Source: an uncultured Myxococcales bacterium (lineage in GTDB: Bacteria; Myxococcota_A; UBA9042). Taken from it: a stretch of 64,000 bases of DNA. The translations under genes were made by a program, and so were the position numbers. The DNA lies in contig CALENB010000330.1 of assembly GCA_937910235.1 (NCBI GenBank), positions 2,030 to 66,029 on the forward strand, in the 5' to 3' direction. The notes below the pieces were generated by a model. That model saw only the letters and a list, made by a program, of their open reading frames with translations, was not told the DNA's origin and ran no database searches. How positions within the stretch are numbered: position 1 is the first letter of the stretch; every line of letters begins with the position of its first letter. This document shows, piece by piece, positions 10,257 to 20,357 of this stretch.

Positions 10257-10862
10257 ATGAATCCGATCGCAGTGACCGCTCAGCCCCGTTACCTTGGTGG
10301 TAGCGGAATCGCAAACAAAATCCGTCGCGCCGGCTTGCTGCCTGGCGTGATCTATGGCCACAACACCGAGCCCCGCATGATCGCTTGCGATCCGCGCCCG
10401 CTCACGAAAGCGCTCAACAGCTCCTACGGTCCCAACCAGCTCTTGAAGCTGACGGTCACCGGCGAGGACAAAGAGCTGCTGGTGTTGTGCCGTGACCCGC
10501 AGATTCACCCTGTGACGCGTAAGCTCCAGCACGTGGACTTCTTCAGCATCACGCCGACGCAGAAGGTCCAGCTCAGGGTCCCGATTCGCCTGAAAGGTCG
10601 TTCGGTCGGCGAGAAGCTCGGCGGTCGTCTGATGTTCGTGCGTCGCTTCGTGACGGTCGAGTGCACCGCGGAGACGCTGCCCGACGCGATCACGGTCGAG
10701 ATGGCGCCTTTCCTCCGCGGCGACATCGTCGGCGTTGAGGATCTGCCTTTCCCGGAGGGCGTCCGCCCGGTCTACCGCAAGGCGTTCAAGATCTTCGAGA
10801 TCAAGGCGCCACGCGTTGAGAAGGTTGAAGAAGTGGAAGCGGCCCCCGCCAAGAAGAAGTAG
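10257..10862 (+). CDS. rplY: 50S ribosomal protein L25 / general stress protein Ctc
   Basis: MNPIAVTAQPRYLGGSGIANKIRRAGLLPGVIYGH typical L25/Ctc N-terminus. ATG at 10257. Confidence 0.85.
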   Translation: MNPIAVTAQPRYLGGSGIANKIRRAGLLPGVIYGHNTEPRMIACDPRPLTKALNSSYGPNQLLKLTVTGEDKELLVLCRDPQIHPVTRKLQHVDFFSITPTQKVQLRVPIRLKGRSVGEKLGGRLMFVRRFVTVECTAETLPDAITVEMAPFLRGDIVGVEDLPFPEGVRPVYRKAFKIFEIKAPRVEKVEEVEAAPAKKK

Positions 10863-10981
10863 CGCCCGAGCGCTCGCTTCATCAGCGGCTGAGGCTCCCC
10901 TTTACTCTGCGCGAGTCTGGGGCTCGGCGCTGAGAGACACTGACAAACGATGGACGGGGCGTCCGCCCCAACGAGAACGCT

Positions 10982-11599
10982 ATGGCCGCTGAAAAAGTCG
11001 CCAAGCAGCGCCCACCGATTGGGCCGCGGATCCGTGCGGTGGTTGGCCTTGGTAACCCAGGGTCGAAGTATGCCGGCACGCGGCACAACATCGGCTTCCT
11101 CGTGCTCGATGAGCTCGTGAGGCGGCACGGGCTGTCGTGGCAATCGAAGTTCAAGGGTCGCTGGAGCAAGTGGCACCGCCCAAACGGTGACGCTGTCCTG
11201 CTGCAGCCCGAGACCTTCATGAACCTGAGCGGCGAGAGTGTTCAACCCATGAGCGCGTTTTTTCGGGTCGCGCCGCCGGAGATCCTCGTCGTTCACGACG
11301 AGCTCGACCTGCCATTCGGCGAGTTGAGATTGAAGGTCGGCGGGGGCCACGCCGGTCACAACGGGCTGCGCTCGATCGGGCAGCAGCTCGGAGGCGATCA
11401 GCGCTTCGTGCGTCTACGGGTCGGGATCGGTAGGCCGGTGAAGGGGGATGTGGCGAGCTACGTGCTCGGCTCATTCTTGCCGGAAGAGCAGGGCTGGCTC
11501 GGCCAAGTGGTCGATGCCGCGGCGGACGCAGTGGAGCGCGCCCTCAATGACGGGGTGCTCGACGCGATGAACACCGTCAACGGAACTCGTGTGTGTTGA
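10982..11599 (+). CDS. pth: peptidyl-tRNA hydrolase
   Basis: VVGLGNPGSKYAGTRHNIGF and HNGLRS motifs. Confidence 0.9.
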   Translation: MAAEKVAKQRPPIGPRIRAVVGLGNPGSKYAGTRHNIGFLVLDELVRRHGLSWQSKFKGRWSKWHRPNGDAVLLQPETFMNLSGESVQPMSAFFRVAPPEILVVHDELDLPFGELRLKVGGGHAGHNGLRSIGQQLGGDQRFVRLRVGIGRPVKGDVASYVLGSFLPEEQGWLGQVVDAAADAVERALNDGVLDAMNTVNGTRVC

Positions 11600-11800
11600 G
11601 GTCAGTCAAAGTTAACTTTGGCGACTCCCACCACCGCGACGGCGCCAACTGGCGTCAGGCGTATCACGCCGAGGACAGCTCTTCAGTGAGCAACGCTCAT
11701 CTTGAGCCGTGTCCCCGGTCGCGCCGCTCCTCGCTATGTGCATGGTGCACGCTAGCGAACGCAGCACAGTCGCTGCGGAACCATGAGGAGGATCACGATT

Positions 11801-12280
11801 ATGATCATGGGTCGTCTATACGAGACCGTCCTTATCGCCAAGCCGGATTTCGATCCGGAGGGCTTTGAGAAGTTGCACACGCGACTGCTCAAAACCATCG
11901 GCGATGAGGGTGGCCTTGAGCTAAAGCTGGTTGACTGGGGGCGCCGCCGACTGGCGTACCCGATCGACGGGCATCGCAAGGGTAATTACTTCTACTTCGG
12001 CTACATCGCGTCGCCGGTGTGTCTCACAGAGATCCACCGACAGCTGCGGCTGAGCCAAGAAGTCATCCGCTTCCAGTCCATCACGTTGAGCGGTTCGAAG
12101 CCCATGGGTGCTTTCGACATCGAGAAAGAGCGTGAGAAGGTCATCGGGCTCACCCCCGATCCTCAGGACGAAGAAGAGTTTGGTCGTCGCGAGCGAAGCG
12201 ACTACCGACGTGATGATGATGACGGTGACGATCGCGACGATCGTGACGATCGTGACGACCGCGACATGGGGGACATGTAA
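11801..12280 (+). CDS. rpsF: 30S ribosomal protein S6 with acidic DRDD-repeat C-terminal tail
   Basis: [16 protein letters not shown] matches S6 N-terminus. GAGGAGG SD 8 nt upstream of ATG 11801. C-terminal [10 protein letters not shown] tail encoded by 9-bp repeats. Confidence 0.9.
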   Translation: MIMGRLYETVLIAKPDFDPEGFEKLHTRLLKTIGDEGGLELKLVDWGRRRLAYPIDGHRKGNYFYFGYIASPVCLTEIHRQLRLSQEVIRFQSITLSGSKPMGAFDIEKEREKVIGLTPDPQDEEEFGRRERSDYRRDDDDGDDRDDRDDRDDRDMGDM

Positions 12281-12528
12281 TGAAGCCCGAAATGCGCCGT
12301 CGCCGGAGCTTTGGTCGCCGTAAGGTGTGCCCGTTCTGTGCCGACAAGTCGTTATACATCGACTACAAAACCCCGAGCATGCTCAAGCGTTTCATCACGG
12401 AACGTGGCCGCATTGTGCCTCGTCGCATCAGCGGCGTTTGCGCGCAGCATCAACGTAACCTGCAGGTGTCCGTCAAACGCGCCCGCATGGTGGCGCTGAT
12501 GCCGTACTCAACCACCGGTATCGATTGA
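12280..12528 (+). CDS. rpsR: 30S ribosomal protein S18
   Basis: [15 protein letters not shown]...YIDYK S18 signature. Start overlaps rpsF stop (TAATGA). Confidence 0.9.
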   Translation: MKPEMRRRRSFGRRKVCPFCADKSLYIDYKTPSMLKRFITERGRIVPRRISGVCAQHQRNLQVSVKRARMVALMPYSTTGID

Positions 12529-12539
12529 GGGGGACTATC

Positions 12540-13067
12540 ATGAAGGTCATTCTTCGAGAGAAGGTGCCGAACCTGGGCAACATTGGCGACGTCGTCAACG
12601 TCGCCAACGGGTACGGCCGAAATTATCTGCTACCGCGCAAATTCGCCCTCATGGCGAACGACCGCAACGTCAAGCAGCTTCAGCACCAGCAGCGGATGAT
12701 GGGCAAACGCCTCGCCCTTGCCAAAGCTGACGCAGCGATGATCGCTGACCGCATGAGGGGGCAACGCCTCGTCGTGAAGAAGCACGCCGGCGAAGAGGGT
12801 AAACTCTTCGGTTCGGTGACACCGCGGGAGATCGTCGACCTGCTCGGCGACCGTGGGTTCACCGTTGATCGCCGCGATCTCGACATCAAGGAGCCGATCA
12901 AGAGCATCGGCACCTTTGAGGTTGATTGTTCCTTGCACGCTGACGTGAAGAGCACCTTCTTCGTCATCGTCGAGGCACTCGAGACCGAGGCGGACGACGC
13001 GCCCGCGATCAGCGCACCAGCTGCCGATGACTCGATCGAGTACATCGAAGGCTACGACGTGTTCTGA
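12540..13067 (+). CDS. rplI: 50S ribosomal protein L9
   Basis: MKVILREKVPNLGNIGDVVNVANGYGRNYLLP L9 N-domain. Confidence 0.9.
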   Translation: MKVILREKVPNLGNIGDVVNVANGYGRNYLLPRKFALMANDRNVKQLQHQQRMMGKRLALAKADAAMIADRMRGQRLVVKKHAGEEGKLFGSVTPREIVDLLGDRGFTVDRRDLDIKEPIKSIGTFEVDCSLHADVKSTFFVIVEALETEADDAPAISAPAADDSIEYIEGYDVF

Positions 13068-13111
13068 TTCTGAGCGCGCAGCTCCCGAGTTGTCAGCGCT
13101 TGAAACGCGAC

Positions 13112-13151
13112 GACCCGCCCACTCTTCGGAGAGGGCGGGTCGTTTGCGTTT
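13112..13151 (+). terminator. Rho-independent terminator after rplI
   Basis: Stem gacccgccc / gggcgggtc with 13-nt loop, followed by gtttgcgttt. Confidence 0.6.
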
Positions 13152-13212
13152 CGGGCCGCGCTCAATGCCGCCGATAGCGACAACAGGCGCACGCCCGTCT
13201 GCGAGCCCAGAA

Positions 13213-13659
13213 TTACGGGCTTTTGGCGCGTGTCGCTAGGCCGACGTTGCGCACACCAAGCCCTTGTAGTTTGGCGATGACGTCCATCACGTGTTGATAA
13301 CTCAGCTTGCTGTGGGCTTCGATGCGCACCTGCAAGTTGGGCGTCGTCGTCAGCCGTTGCATCAGATCGTCCGCAAGGGCCTTGCTGTCCGTCGCCTTGC
13401 CCGCCATGAAGAGCGATCCGTCAGCGTCGACCTGCAGGACGACCTCACCGGGAGGGGCCTGATTGAGCGTGCTGCTACCGGTCGGGAGCGCCAGCTCGAT
13501 CAGGCCGCTCGCCGCATCCGTTCGTCCCTCTTCGACCATGGCCGCAGACGACACCATGAACACGACGAGCAGCGCAAAAACAACGTCGACGAGCGACGTC
13601 AGGTTGAGGTCCGGTCCGGCGTCTTCCAGCGGATCGCGCATCCAGTCATCAGGCGTCAC
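13213..13659 (-). CDS. exbD: biopolymer transport protein ExbD/TolR
   Basis: LTSLVDVVFALLVVFMVS N-terminal TM. Family-typical size and periplasmic domain. Confidence 0.8.
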   Translation of the reverse strand: MTPDDWMRDPLEDAGPDLNLTSLVDVVFALLVVFMVSSAAMVEEGRTDAASGLIELALPTGSSTLNQAPPGEVVLQVDADGSLFMAGKATDSKALADDLMQRLTTTPNLQVRIEAHSKLSYQHVMDVIAKLQGLGVRNVGLATRAKSP

Positions 13660-14317
13660 GGCTCTCCTCCGCGTCGCTTGGCTGCGGTCGGGTCTGCACG
13701 AGGTGATCGGCGACCTCCTCGATCAGCAGCTGAATCTCAAGGATCACCCCGACGAGTCGGGCTCGCAGCGCTTGGTGCAGCAACACCAGGACGACCGCGA
13801 CGATGATGCCGGCGGCGGTGGTGATGAGCGCTTCTGAGACGCCCTGGGACACCGCTGAGTGGCCGCCCTGCGCGCCGCGCTCTGTGGCCACACCGAGGTC
13901 GTGCAACGCCTGCATAATGCCGAGCACCGTGCCGAGCAACCCGAGGAATGGGGCCATCGTGCCGAGCGTGGCGAGCAACCCAAGCCCTCGCCGCATCCGC
14001 ACGGCGAGGCGCCTACCCTCGCGGGCCATGACGCTGTGAATCTCGTCGCGGCCCTGCCCACGCATCGCGAGTTCGACGCCGCGTCCAAGTATCGGCGCCA
14101 AGCTGTGGCCCGCCTCGCTGCAGTGCGCCAAGACGCGAGCCAGGTCGCCTGCGGTGGCGGCGTCGCGAACCCGTCTGCCCAGCGCCCGGACGTCGGGTAT
14201 CAATCCGCGTAGGGTCAGCAGTCGTTCAACAAAAAGCGTGATCCCGAGCACGGCAACAACCGCGATCGCGCCCATCGACGGACCACCACGCTCAAACAGG
14301 GACGCCAACCAAGTCAT
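13649..14317 (-). CDS. exbB: MotA/TolQ/ExbB proton-channel protein
   Basis: Internal ATG at 14317 (MTWLASLFERGG...). Three TM segments and conserved LGLLGTVLGI region. The upstream 207 codons of the track ORF are R/A-rich noise. Confidence 0.8.
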   Translation of the reverse strand: MTWLASLFERGGPSMGAIAVVAVLGITLFVERLLTLRGLIPDVRALGRRVRDAATAGDLARVLAHCSEAGHSLAPILGRGVELAMRGQGRDEIHSVMAREGRRLAVRMRRGLGLLATLGTMAPFLGLLGTVLGIMQALHDLGVATERGAQGGHSAVSQGVSEALITTAAGIIVAVVLVLLHQALRARLVGVILEIQLLIEEVADHLVQTRPQPSDAEESRDA

Positions 14318-14543
14318 ACACGCTCCGTCCGGCCGCAAAAGCGGGCGGCTGGCCCTCGCGTTGGGCCGCCGCAGTATAGCAGGTCGCGAACGCCGCAATG
14401 CAAACTGTCTGCGCTGTGTTTCTGTTGCCAACGGCCGGCGCATGCGGGTATGGCGCCAATATAGCCGCCGAACCCGGCGGGCTCTCACAGATCGATCCGC
14501 TATGCTAGTTTGCTCGCCCCGCCACCTTCGACCGAGAGTTCCT

Positions 14544-16238
14544 ATGCAGCTGCTCCGCACCTGTTTCCTGACCGCGCTGCTCGCGACCGCGGCGCCGACG
14601 CTGGCCGTGGTGGGCCAAACACGGTCCGCCATGGAACCCGCGGTCAAACCGGCGCCTGCCGGGCTCATTTTGTCGCCTGGCCAGGAAGCTGTGATTACGG
14701 CGCTATTCAAGGTGCCAGGGTTGCCAGAGCCCATGTCGATCGGGATCGACGCTGGTGAGATCCGGGCGACTTGGGGCGACGGTCGGATCTTGCACATCCG
14801 GCATCCCTCCGCAGCGACGCCCCTGGCCGCAGGTGCGACGCGGCTCCTGACCACGGAAGCGCTCACAGTAATCCAAGCCGGCACCGGCTGGGCGGCCACG
14901 GATGTGCCGCCGATCGCTGCCCACATTCGGGCCAGCAAGGCGCCGGTCTGGAGCCGACCAAGCGCCCGCGTCCGCCAACCGCCCGCCGCCGGCCGTCCTC
15001 AGGCGGACTTGCGACGCGTCGACGACCTCCTCCGGCAGGCAAAGGAGGCCATCGGGATCCACGAGCGCGACAAGGCGCTGCGCATGCTCACGCAAATCCA
15101 GAGTTTGAAGCTGTCCGATCCGGAGCGTCTGGCGCGGTTGGGCAGCTTGCAGGCACGCGCGGGTGACACCGAGGCGGGGCGTCGCACGCTCGCGGACGCG
15201 ATCGCCGTTTTGGCGCAGCGGGCCAAGGAGCGCCCCGCTCTCAAGCCGGCCTGGGTCGCCGCGCTGGCCCTGTCGGACGTACCCGCGGCGGTGAACGCCG
15301 CGAAACAGGCCATCGCTCACAGTGACGCGGCCACAGCGTGTACGTGGGCGGCGGTCGCTCACGCGTTGCAGCAAGACGGTGCGCTTCCTGGCGCGAACGA
15401 CGTCGCCCGGGCTGTGCTCGCCAAAGACAAGACGTGCGAGCGCGCGTGGGTCGTCAATGCCCTGTCCGTCGACCAACAACTCGCGGCCTGGCGTGGGTCG
15501 CTCAACGTCGCAAACGCCGGACTGGCTGTGCTGCCAGACAGTTTGCCGCTGCTCAACGTCAAAGCGGGCGCCTTGCATGCCGGCTTTCGCAACCGCGAGG
15601 CCGCCGAGATTTGGGAGCAGATCGCGCGCAGAGACCTGCAGTTTCCGGGGGTGATGGGCATGCTGGCCACGGCCTGGACGCAGCTGCCGACTGTGTTGGA
15701 CGACAACTTCCTGGACCCTTTCTACGCCAAGCTGAAAGCGGACCCCAACGATGTGGTCAGCCGCTACATCATCGGAACGGCGAGCTACTATCGCGACGAC
15801 TACCCGTCCGTGATCGCGTACCTCGATCCGCTGCGCGCCGTCGTGCCGCGTGAGCCACGTGTGCATCTCTACACGGCGATGGCGCACTTCCATCTGGGCC
15901 ACAAGGAGCTGGCGCGGCAGCGGTTGGAGACGCTGCAGCAATTCGGCCACAACGACCCAGACTACTACTACTGCCGCTCCGTCATGCGCCGACACACTGA
16001 TTTTGAGGGCAGTTTGCGGGATCTGGAGACTTTCGTCCGACTCTCTCAGGGGCGCCAAAACAGCCCGTCCAAGATCTTCAAGATGCACCGCGAGCTTGAG
16101 GTCATGCGCAGTGGTCGACTGCCCAACGCGTTCGACTTGTTGCCCGACTGGCTTCGCTGGGCCCTCATCGCCGCCGCCCTGCTCCTGGTTGCCGGGGTTG
16201 GGGTCGTGGTGGTGCGCTGGCGCCGCCGCCAGGCCTGA
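14544..16238 (+). CDS. secreted TPR-like repeat protein with C-terminal membrane anchor
   Basis: ATG at 14544 gives signal peptide MQLLRTCFLTALLATAAPTLAVVG. Helical repeat composition. C-terminal TM IAAALLLVAGVGVVVV plus RWRRRQA. Confidence 0.5.
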   Translation: MQLLRTCFLTALLATAAPTLAVVGQTRSAMEPAVKPAPAGLILSPGQEAVITALFKVPGLPEPMSIGIDAGEIRATWGDGRILHIRHPSAATPLAAGATRLLTTEALTVIQAGTGWAATDVPPIAAHIRASKAPVWSRPSARVRQPPAAGRPQADLRRVDDLLRQAKEAIGIHERDKALRMLTQIQSLKLSDPERLARLGSLQARAGDTEAGRRTLADAIAVLAQRAKERPALKPAWVAALALSDVPAAVNAAKQAIAHSDAATACTWAAVAHALQQDGALPGANDVARAVLAKDKTCERAWVVNALSVDQQLAAWRGSLNVANAGLAVLPDSLPLLNVKAGALHAGFRNREAAEIWEQIARRDLQFPGVMGMLATAWTQLPTVLDDNFLDPFYAKLKADPNDVVSRYIIGTASYYRDDYPSVIAYLDPLRAVVPREPRVHLYTAMAHFHLGHKELARQRLETLQQFGHNDPDYYYCRSVMRRHTDFEGSLRDLETFVRLSQGRQNSPSKIFKMHRELEVMRSGRLPNAFDLLPDWLRWALIAAALLLVAGVGVVVVRWRRRQA

Positions 16239-16241
16239 CGC

Positions 16242-17876
16242 GTGTTTACGGACGGTCTAGTCGCCCATCGCGGCTTCGAGATGGCGTTGGTGATCCTGGC
16301 CGGCTGTGCCTGGATCGGTACCGCGCTGGCGGCGATCGTGGTCAGCGCCGACGCCCGCACGAGGTGGGCTGAGATCGACGTCAGCGAGCGCAGGCTATGG
16401 TGGGCGGCACTGGCGACGGCGCTGGTTATTCGGGCCGCGACGCCATTTGACTGGGTGCGTGTCTTCACAGGGTGGGATCTGCTCGATCGCGCCGTCAACG
16501 GTCCCGGCCTGCCGAAATACGGCGCAGGCCTGGTCGGGCTGCTGCGCCCCTTGCATGGACTCGGGATCGCGTCGCCAGAGGCCTGGATCTCCGGGCTCAA
16601 CCTCGGTGTCGGCGTGGCGACCGTCGCCGGCCTCTCGGTGGCGATGCGGGCTTGGCTGCCACGGCCGCGTGTGCTCGCCGCCGTCGTGTGGGTGCTCGCA
16701 GTGACCCCGGTCCTGGTCCGTCACCACCGCAGCGAGACGGCGTTCGTCGTCGCGTTCGCCGCATGGCTCGTGGGCGCCGCTAGCTGGTCCAGGTGGCTTC
16801 GTAGCGGTCGCCTGGGCTACGCGTGGCTGGCTGTCGCGCCGCTCGCCGCCGCGGCCTACACCCGCCCGGCGTTCCTCGTCGCGGCGCCAGTCACTCTGTG
16901 GGCCCTGGCGCGCTGGGTACCCGATGTGCGGACCACGCGTCGGCCGCGCGGCGCGCTGGTCGCCCTGCTGTGGGTGTTGGTGCCCCACGCGCTGTGGCTG
17001 TTCGCTGGCGCGATGAGTCGCGGCGATCGCGGCGATCTGCCTTCCGCCGTCGCGCCGATGTTCCTGTTGCGGCTCCCGGTCATGCTTCTCGGGATGAATC
17101 TGGCCGCATGGCCGCATGTCTTTCCCGTCGCCCTCACCGCCCTGGGAGTATGGGCCGCCTGGCGCGGCCGCCGCTTGGGGGATACGCAGGTGACGGCGTT
17201 GTGCAAGGCGTCGCTCTGCGTGGGTGCCGCCTTGATCGCGACGGGGATGGTCGATCCGGTGGTCGTGTCGATGCCGCGACTGCAGGCGCCGTGGCTCGGG
17301 TTGTGGGCCGCCTGCGCGACCGCTGTCACAACAGTTGCGGTGCCTGCCGGTCACGTGCGCTACGCCGTGGCGGTGTTTTTGCTGACGGCTTTGGCGACTG
17401 TGCCGTGGTTGTTTCGCGCTGAAAACGCCGACCACGAGGATGTGATGCTGCGCCGCGTGGCGGTCGAATTGGCCGGCAAACGCGGCACGCTGCACTGGCT
17501 CGACTACGGCGATGCTGGCGCCGACAAGGTGAGTCGACACTACCCCCGCTGGCGTTTTCGGCGACCCAACGCCGCCCTGTCGCTGCGACCCCTTCGCGAT
17601 CTGCCCCAAGCCTACGATCGTGGCGCAACGCCATCGGACGCGGAGCCACGGTGGGTCTTTCTCGGCGTGCGCTGCTTTGCGCGCCATCGCGCGCCAAACT
17701 CGGCCGCTCCATCCGCGTTCGAGCATGACGCCTGCGCGCGGACGCGCCGACGCGTGGACCTCGCGCCGATTTTCCAAGCGGCCGTGGTCAATCGCGGCGA
17801 TGTGCATTTTCCATGGTGGCCGCGGCAGCCGACGCTGCAGATTGGCCTCTATCGGCTGAGTCAGGCGCCGCGTTAG
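16242..17876 (+). CDS. polytopic integral membrane protein (>=10 predicted TM; GT-C-like glycosyltransferase fold possible)
   Basis: Many hydrophobic segments with W/R-rich loops. Immediately follows the TPR gene (3-nt gap). Alternative start MALVIL at 16281. Confidence 0.5.
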   Translation: MFTDGLVAHRGFEMALVILAGCAWIGTALAAIVVSADARTRWAEIDVSERRLWWAALATALVIRAATPFDWVRVFTGWDLLDRAVNGPGLPKYGAGLVGLLRPLHGLGIASPEAWISGLNLGVGVATVAGLSVAMRAWLPRPRVLAAVVWVLAVTPVLVRHHRSETAFVVAFAAWLVGAASWSRWLRSGRLGYAWLAVAPLAAAAYTRPAFLVAAPVTLWALARWVPDVRTTRRPRGALVALLWVLVPHALWLFAGAMSRGDRGDLPSAVAPMFLLRLPVMLLGMNLAAWPHVFPVALTALGVWAAWRGRRLGDTQVTALCKASLCVGAALIATGMVDPVVVSMPRLQAPWLGLWAACATAVTTVAVPAGHVRYAVAVFLLTALATVPWLFRAENADHEDVMLRRVAVELAGKRGTLHWLDYGDAGADKVSRHYPRWRFRRPNAALSLRPLRDLPQAYDRGATPSDAEPRWVFLGVRCFARHRAPNSAAPSAFEHDACARTRRRVDLAPIFQAAVVNRGDVHFPWWPRQPTLQIGLYRLSQAPR

Positions 17877-17941
17877 CGGTCAACCGCCCGATCGCCGCCC
17901 GCGCTAGCGAAATCGCCCAGCAGCGCAGCCTGCAAGCGCGG

Positions 17942-18790
17942 CTAGAAGCGCCACCAGAGCGCGTCGAGGCGGCTGAGAATGGTCTGGAATCGCTGCACCT
18001 GATCTGCCGACAGCGTTTTGCTCAGGGCGTTGCGTGCGTCGTCGTTGGCCCGGTCGATGCGGATCGAGGCGTCACGCACCGAGAGCGCACCTTGGCTCAC
18101 CTGCACCGTGACCGCGTTGTGAGCGTCGCGTCGCCCACGAACAATGGACGCCACCTCGTCGCGCTGCCCGTCGCTCAGCCCCACAATCGACGCGAAGTCC
18201 CGAACCACGGCCTGCAGCGTTTGGTCGCGCAACGTCTCTAGCAGCTGGTCTCGTTGGACCAGCACCACGACGTCTGCCACGCCCGGATCGCCAGCGCCAG
18301 CGTCAGACGCGCTGTCAGCCTGGCCACCCGCGTCGTCTCCGTCGTCCGCGACGTCCTCTGTATCCACGCCGCCCGCGTCTGGAACTGAGGGCGGCACCAG
18401 GGGCGTGCTCACCGCGAGCGCCAACGAGTTCAGCTCGCGCCGCAAGCTGGCGATCTGAGTCTCGATGCGCTTCCGATCCGACGCGTCACGCCCCTCAGAC
18501 GTCGGCAGCTTCCCTTCCGTCTTGGCGACGAGCAGGCCGAGCTTGCGCTCGAGATCATCGACGCGCCGCATCAACGGCAGCACACCGGCCAGGTCGCCGC
18601 TGGGTGGCCGTGGTTGTACGGTTGAGGCCGCCGCCGCGGGGGTAGGCGTCAGCTGCGCGGCGACGTCGTCCAGGCGCGCATCGACGCCCCGCACCTGCCA
18701 AACCGCAAAACTCGCGACAGCTATCGCGCTGATGGCGACGCCTGTGAACACCAGTCGCCCGATCTCACGCTCAGTAGGGACAACTTCCAC
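17942..18790 (-). CDS. membrane-anchored coiled-coil protein, function unknown
   Basis: N-terminal TM VFTGVAISAIAVASFAVW. Acidic low-complexity linker. Heptad-like LERKLGLLVAK segments. Confidence 0.45.
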   Translation of the reverse strand: MEVVPTEREIGRLVFTGVAISAIAVASFAVWQVRGVDARLDDVAAQLTPTPAAAASTVQPRPPSGDLAGVLPLMRRVDDLERKLGLLVAKTEGKLPTSEGRDASDRKRIETQIASLRRELNSLALAVSTPLVPPSVPDAGGVDTEDVADDGDDAGGQADSASDAGAGDPGVADVVVLVQRDQLLETLRDQTLQAVVRDFASIVGLSDGQRDEVASIVRGRRDAHNAVTVQVSQGALSVRDASIRIDRANDDARNALSKTLSADQVQRFQTILSRLDALWWRF

Positions 18791-19077
18791 GTCGACTCCG
18801 GTGCCAATCTCGCCTGCGATCCACTATCGGCCGTGTCGCGAATGCGCCAATGCCGCGTCGACGTGCGCCGAGGGTAGGCCACACGGCCCAGCTCACCAAC
18901 CCCGCGCCGTCGCCTCCGACGTGCATCCTAGTCGCCCTCGACTGCCTGTGCCGCTACACTGCAAGACCGCACCCAACCTTGCTGTGACTGGGTGCGCTCG
19001 TGTGTGGTGTGATGCGCGCCAGCGCTGCCGACTTGCGATGTCGGCCCGGATCCGACCTTTGAGCCATTGGAGCTGAT

Positions 19078-20076
19078 GTGCAACGACTAACCGCGACCCC
19101 CTTTGCCCCGTGGTTCCTGGAGCGCCTACGTTCCGCGGACCGCATCATCGCGATGACCCACGTCGATCCTGACGCAGACGGGCTCGGCAGCCAGCTCGCC
19201 TTCTGTCTGGCCGCGCGGGCCGCCGGCAAGGACGTCGTCATCGTCAATGAGGATCCCTGCCCGCCGCGCTACGCGTGGATGGATCCGGGCGGCCTCGTCC
19301 AGTGTTTCGACGACGCAGCCGCCACGCTCGAGGGCGCAGACCTCGGCTTGATCTTCGATGCACACGAGCTCGACCGCGCCCGACGTCCAGCCCAGGCGTT
19401 ACGGGCGGCGGGCGTGGACGTCTGGGTGCTCGATCACCACGGCGTGGCTGACGACACCCACGTCACGGGATGCGTCGCGACTGATTTTTCGTCTACAGGC
19501 GAGCTCTGCTTCCGTTTGCTCGAAGCGCTCGGGTGGTCGCTCGGCCCAGACTCCGCGCTCGGCATCTACGGCGCGATCAGCTTCGACACCGGCTCATTCC
19601 GATTTCTGCGCAATCAAGGTCGCACCCTGCGTGTCGCCGCCGACTTGCTGGACACGGGGCTCGACGCCAACCCGATCCAAGAGGCGCTGTGGGCGAGTCG
19701 CCCCTTCGACGAGACCGTGCTGCTAGGCCGGATTTGCAGTCAGATCGAGCGCACGGAAGACGGCCGTGTGGCGTGGGCGATTGTGCCCGCGTCGACCCTG
19801 GAGGGCCTCAACACCGGCCCTGGTGCGATCGGCGAGGCCATGCCGATGGTCATCGGGATTGACGGCGTCGTCGCCGCGGCGATGTTCAAGCCAGGCCGCG
19901 GCGCCAACGAATGGAAGGTGAGTCTGCGCAGCAAGACAGCCGCGACCATCGGCCACATCGCGCAATCCCGCGGCGGTGGTGGTCACGCACACGCTGCCGG
20001 CTGCACGGTCACGGGTGACCTGACGACCCATGTGGCGGCTGTGATCGCGGAGCTCGTCGCGGCGGTGGCCAAGTGA
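19078..20076 (+). CDS. nrnA: DHH-family phosphoesterase (NrnA-like oligoribonuclease / pAp phosphatase)
   Basis: DHH motifs HVDPDADGLGS and VLDHHGV. DHHA1-like C-terminus with GGGH. GTG start. Confidence 0.8.
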   Translation: MQRLTATPFAPWFLERLRSADRIIAMTHVDPDADGLGSQLAFCLAARAAGKDVVIVNEDPCPPRYAWMDPGGLVQCFDDAAATLEGADLGLIFDAHELDRARRPAQALRAAGVDVWVLDHHGVADDTHVTGCVATDFSSTGELCFRLLEALGWSLGPDSALGIYGAISFDTGSFRFLRNQGRTLRVAADLLDTGLDANPIQEALWASRPFDETVLLGRICSQIERTEDGRVAWAIVPASTLEGLNTGPGAIGEAMPMVIGIDGVVAAAMFKPGRGANEWKVSLRSKTAATIGHIAQSRGGGGHAHAAGCTVTGDLTTHVAAVIAELVAAVAK

Positions 20077-20357
20077 GCTCGCGTTCCGCCGCCGAACCTG
20101 CGCCGCCCGAAGCGGACACCGCCACGCATGCGGCAGGTGGGCTTGGGGCGGGTGTCGACGATCCCATCGTGTGCTTCTGCAATGAGATCTGCCTGAGCGC
20201 GATCGTCACTGCGCTGGACGCGGGCGCCAGCACGCTCACCGAGATCATCGACGCCACGTTTGCCGGCTGTGGTGCCTGCGGCGGAAGCTGCCAGCCTGAT
20301 TTGGAGGCGATTTTGGAGGATTGGTACAGCGACGAAGGGCTCCCAGATGGGCCGTGA
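20073..20357 (+). CDS. BFD-like [2Fe-2S]-binding domain protein
   Basis: CFC...C...CGACGGSC cysteine pattern of bacterioferritin-associated ferredoxin-like domains. GTGA overlap with nrnA stop. Confidence 0.7.
   Translation: MSSRSAAEPAPPEADTATHAAGGLGAGVDDPIVCFCNEICLSAIVTALDAGASTLTEIIDATFAGCGACGGSCQPDLEAILEDWYSDEGLPDGP

Noticed and set aside
12195-12262. 9-bp tandem repeat in rpsF
   Set aside because: Simply encodes the acidic C-terminal tail common to S6 proteins. Not an independent element.
13649-14938. full 429-aa exbB track ORF
   Set aside because: Only the last 222 codons (from ATG 14317) resemble MotA/TolQ/ExbB. The upstream part is R/A-rich filler.
14703-16088. 461-aa minus-strand ORF
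   Set aside because: Antisense to the TPR protein gene. Arg/Gly/Pro-rich, no signal or motif.
16395-17807. 470-aa minus-strand ORF
   Set aside because: Antisense to the polytopic membrane protein gene, with R/G/P-rich composition. The sense frame has coherent TM segments.
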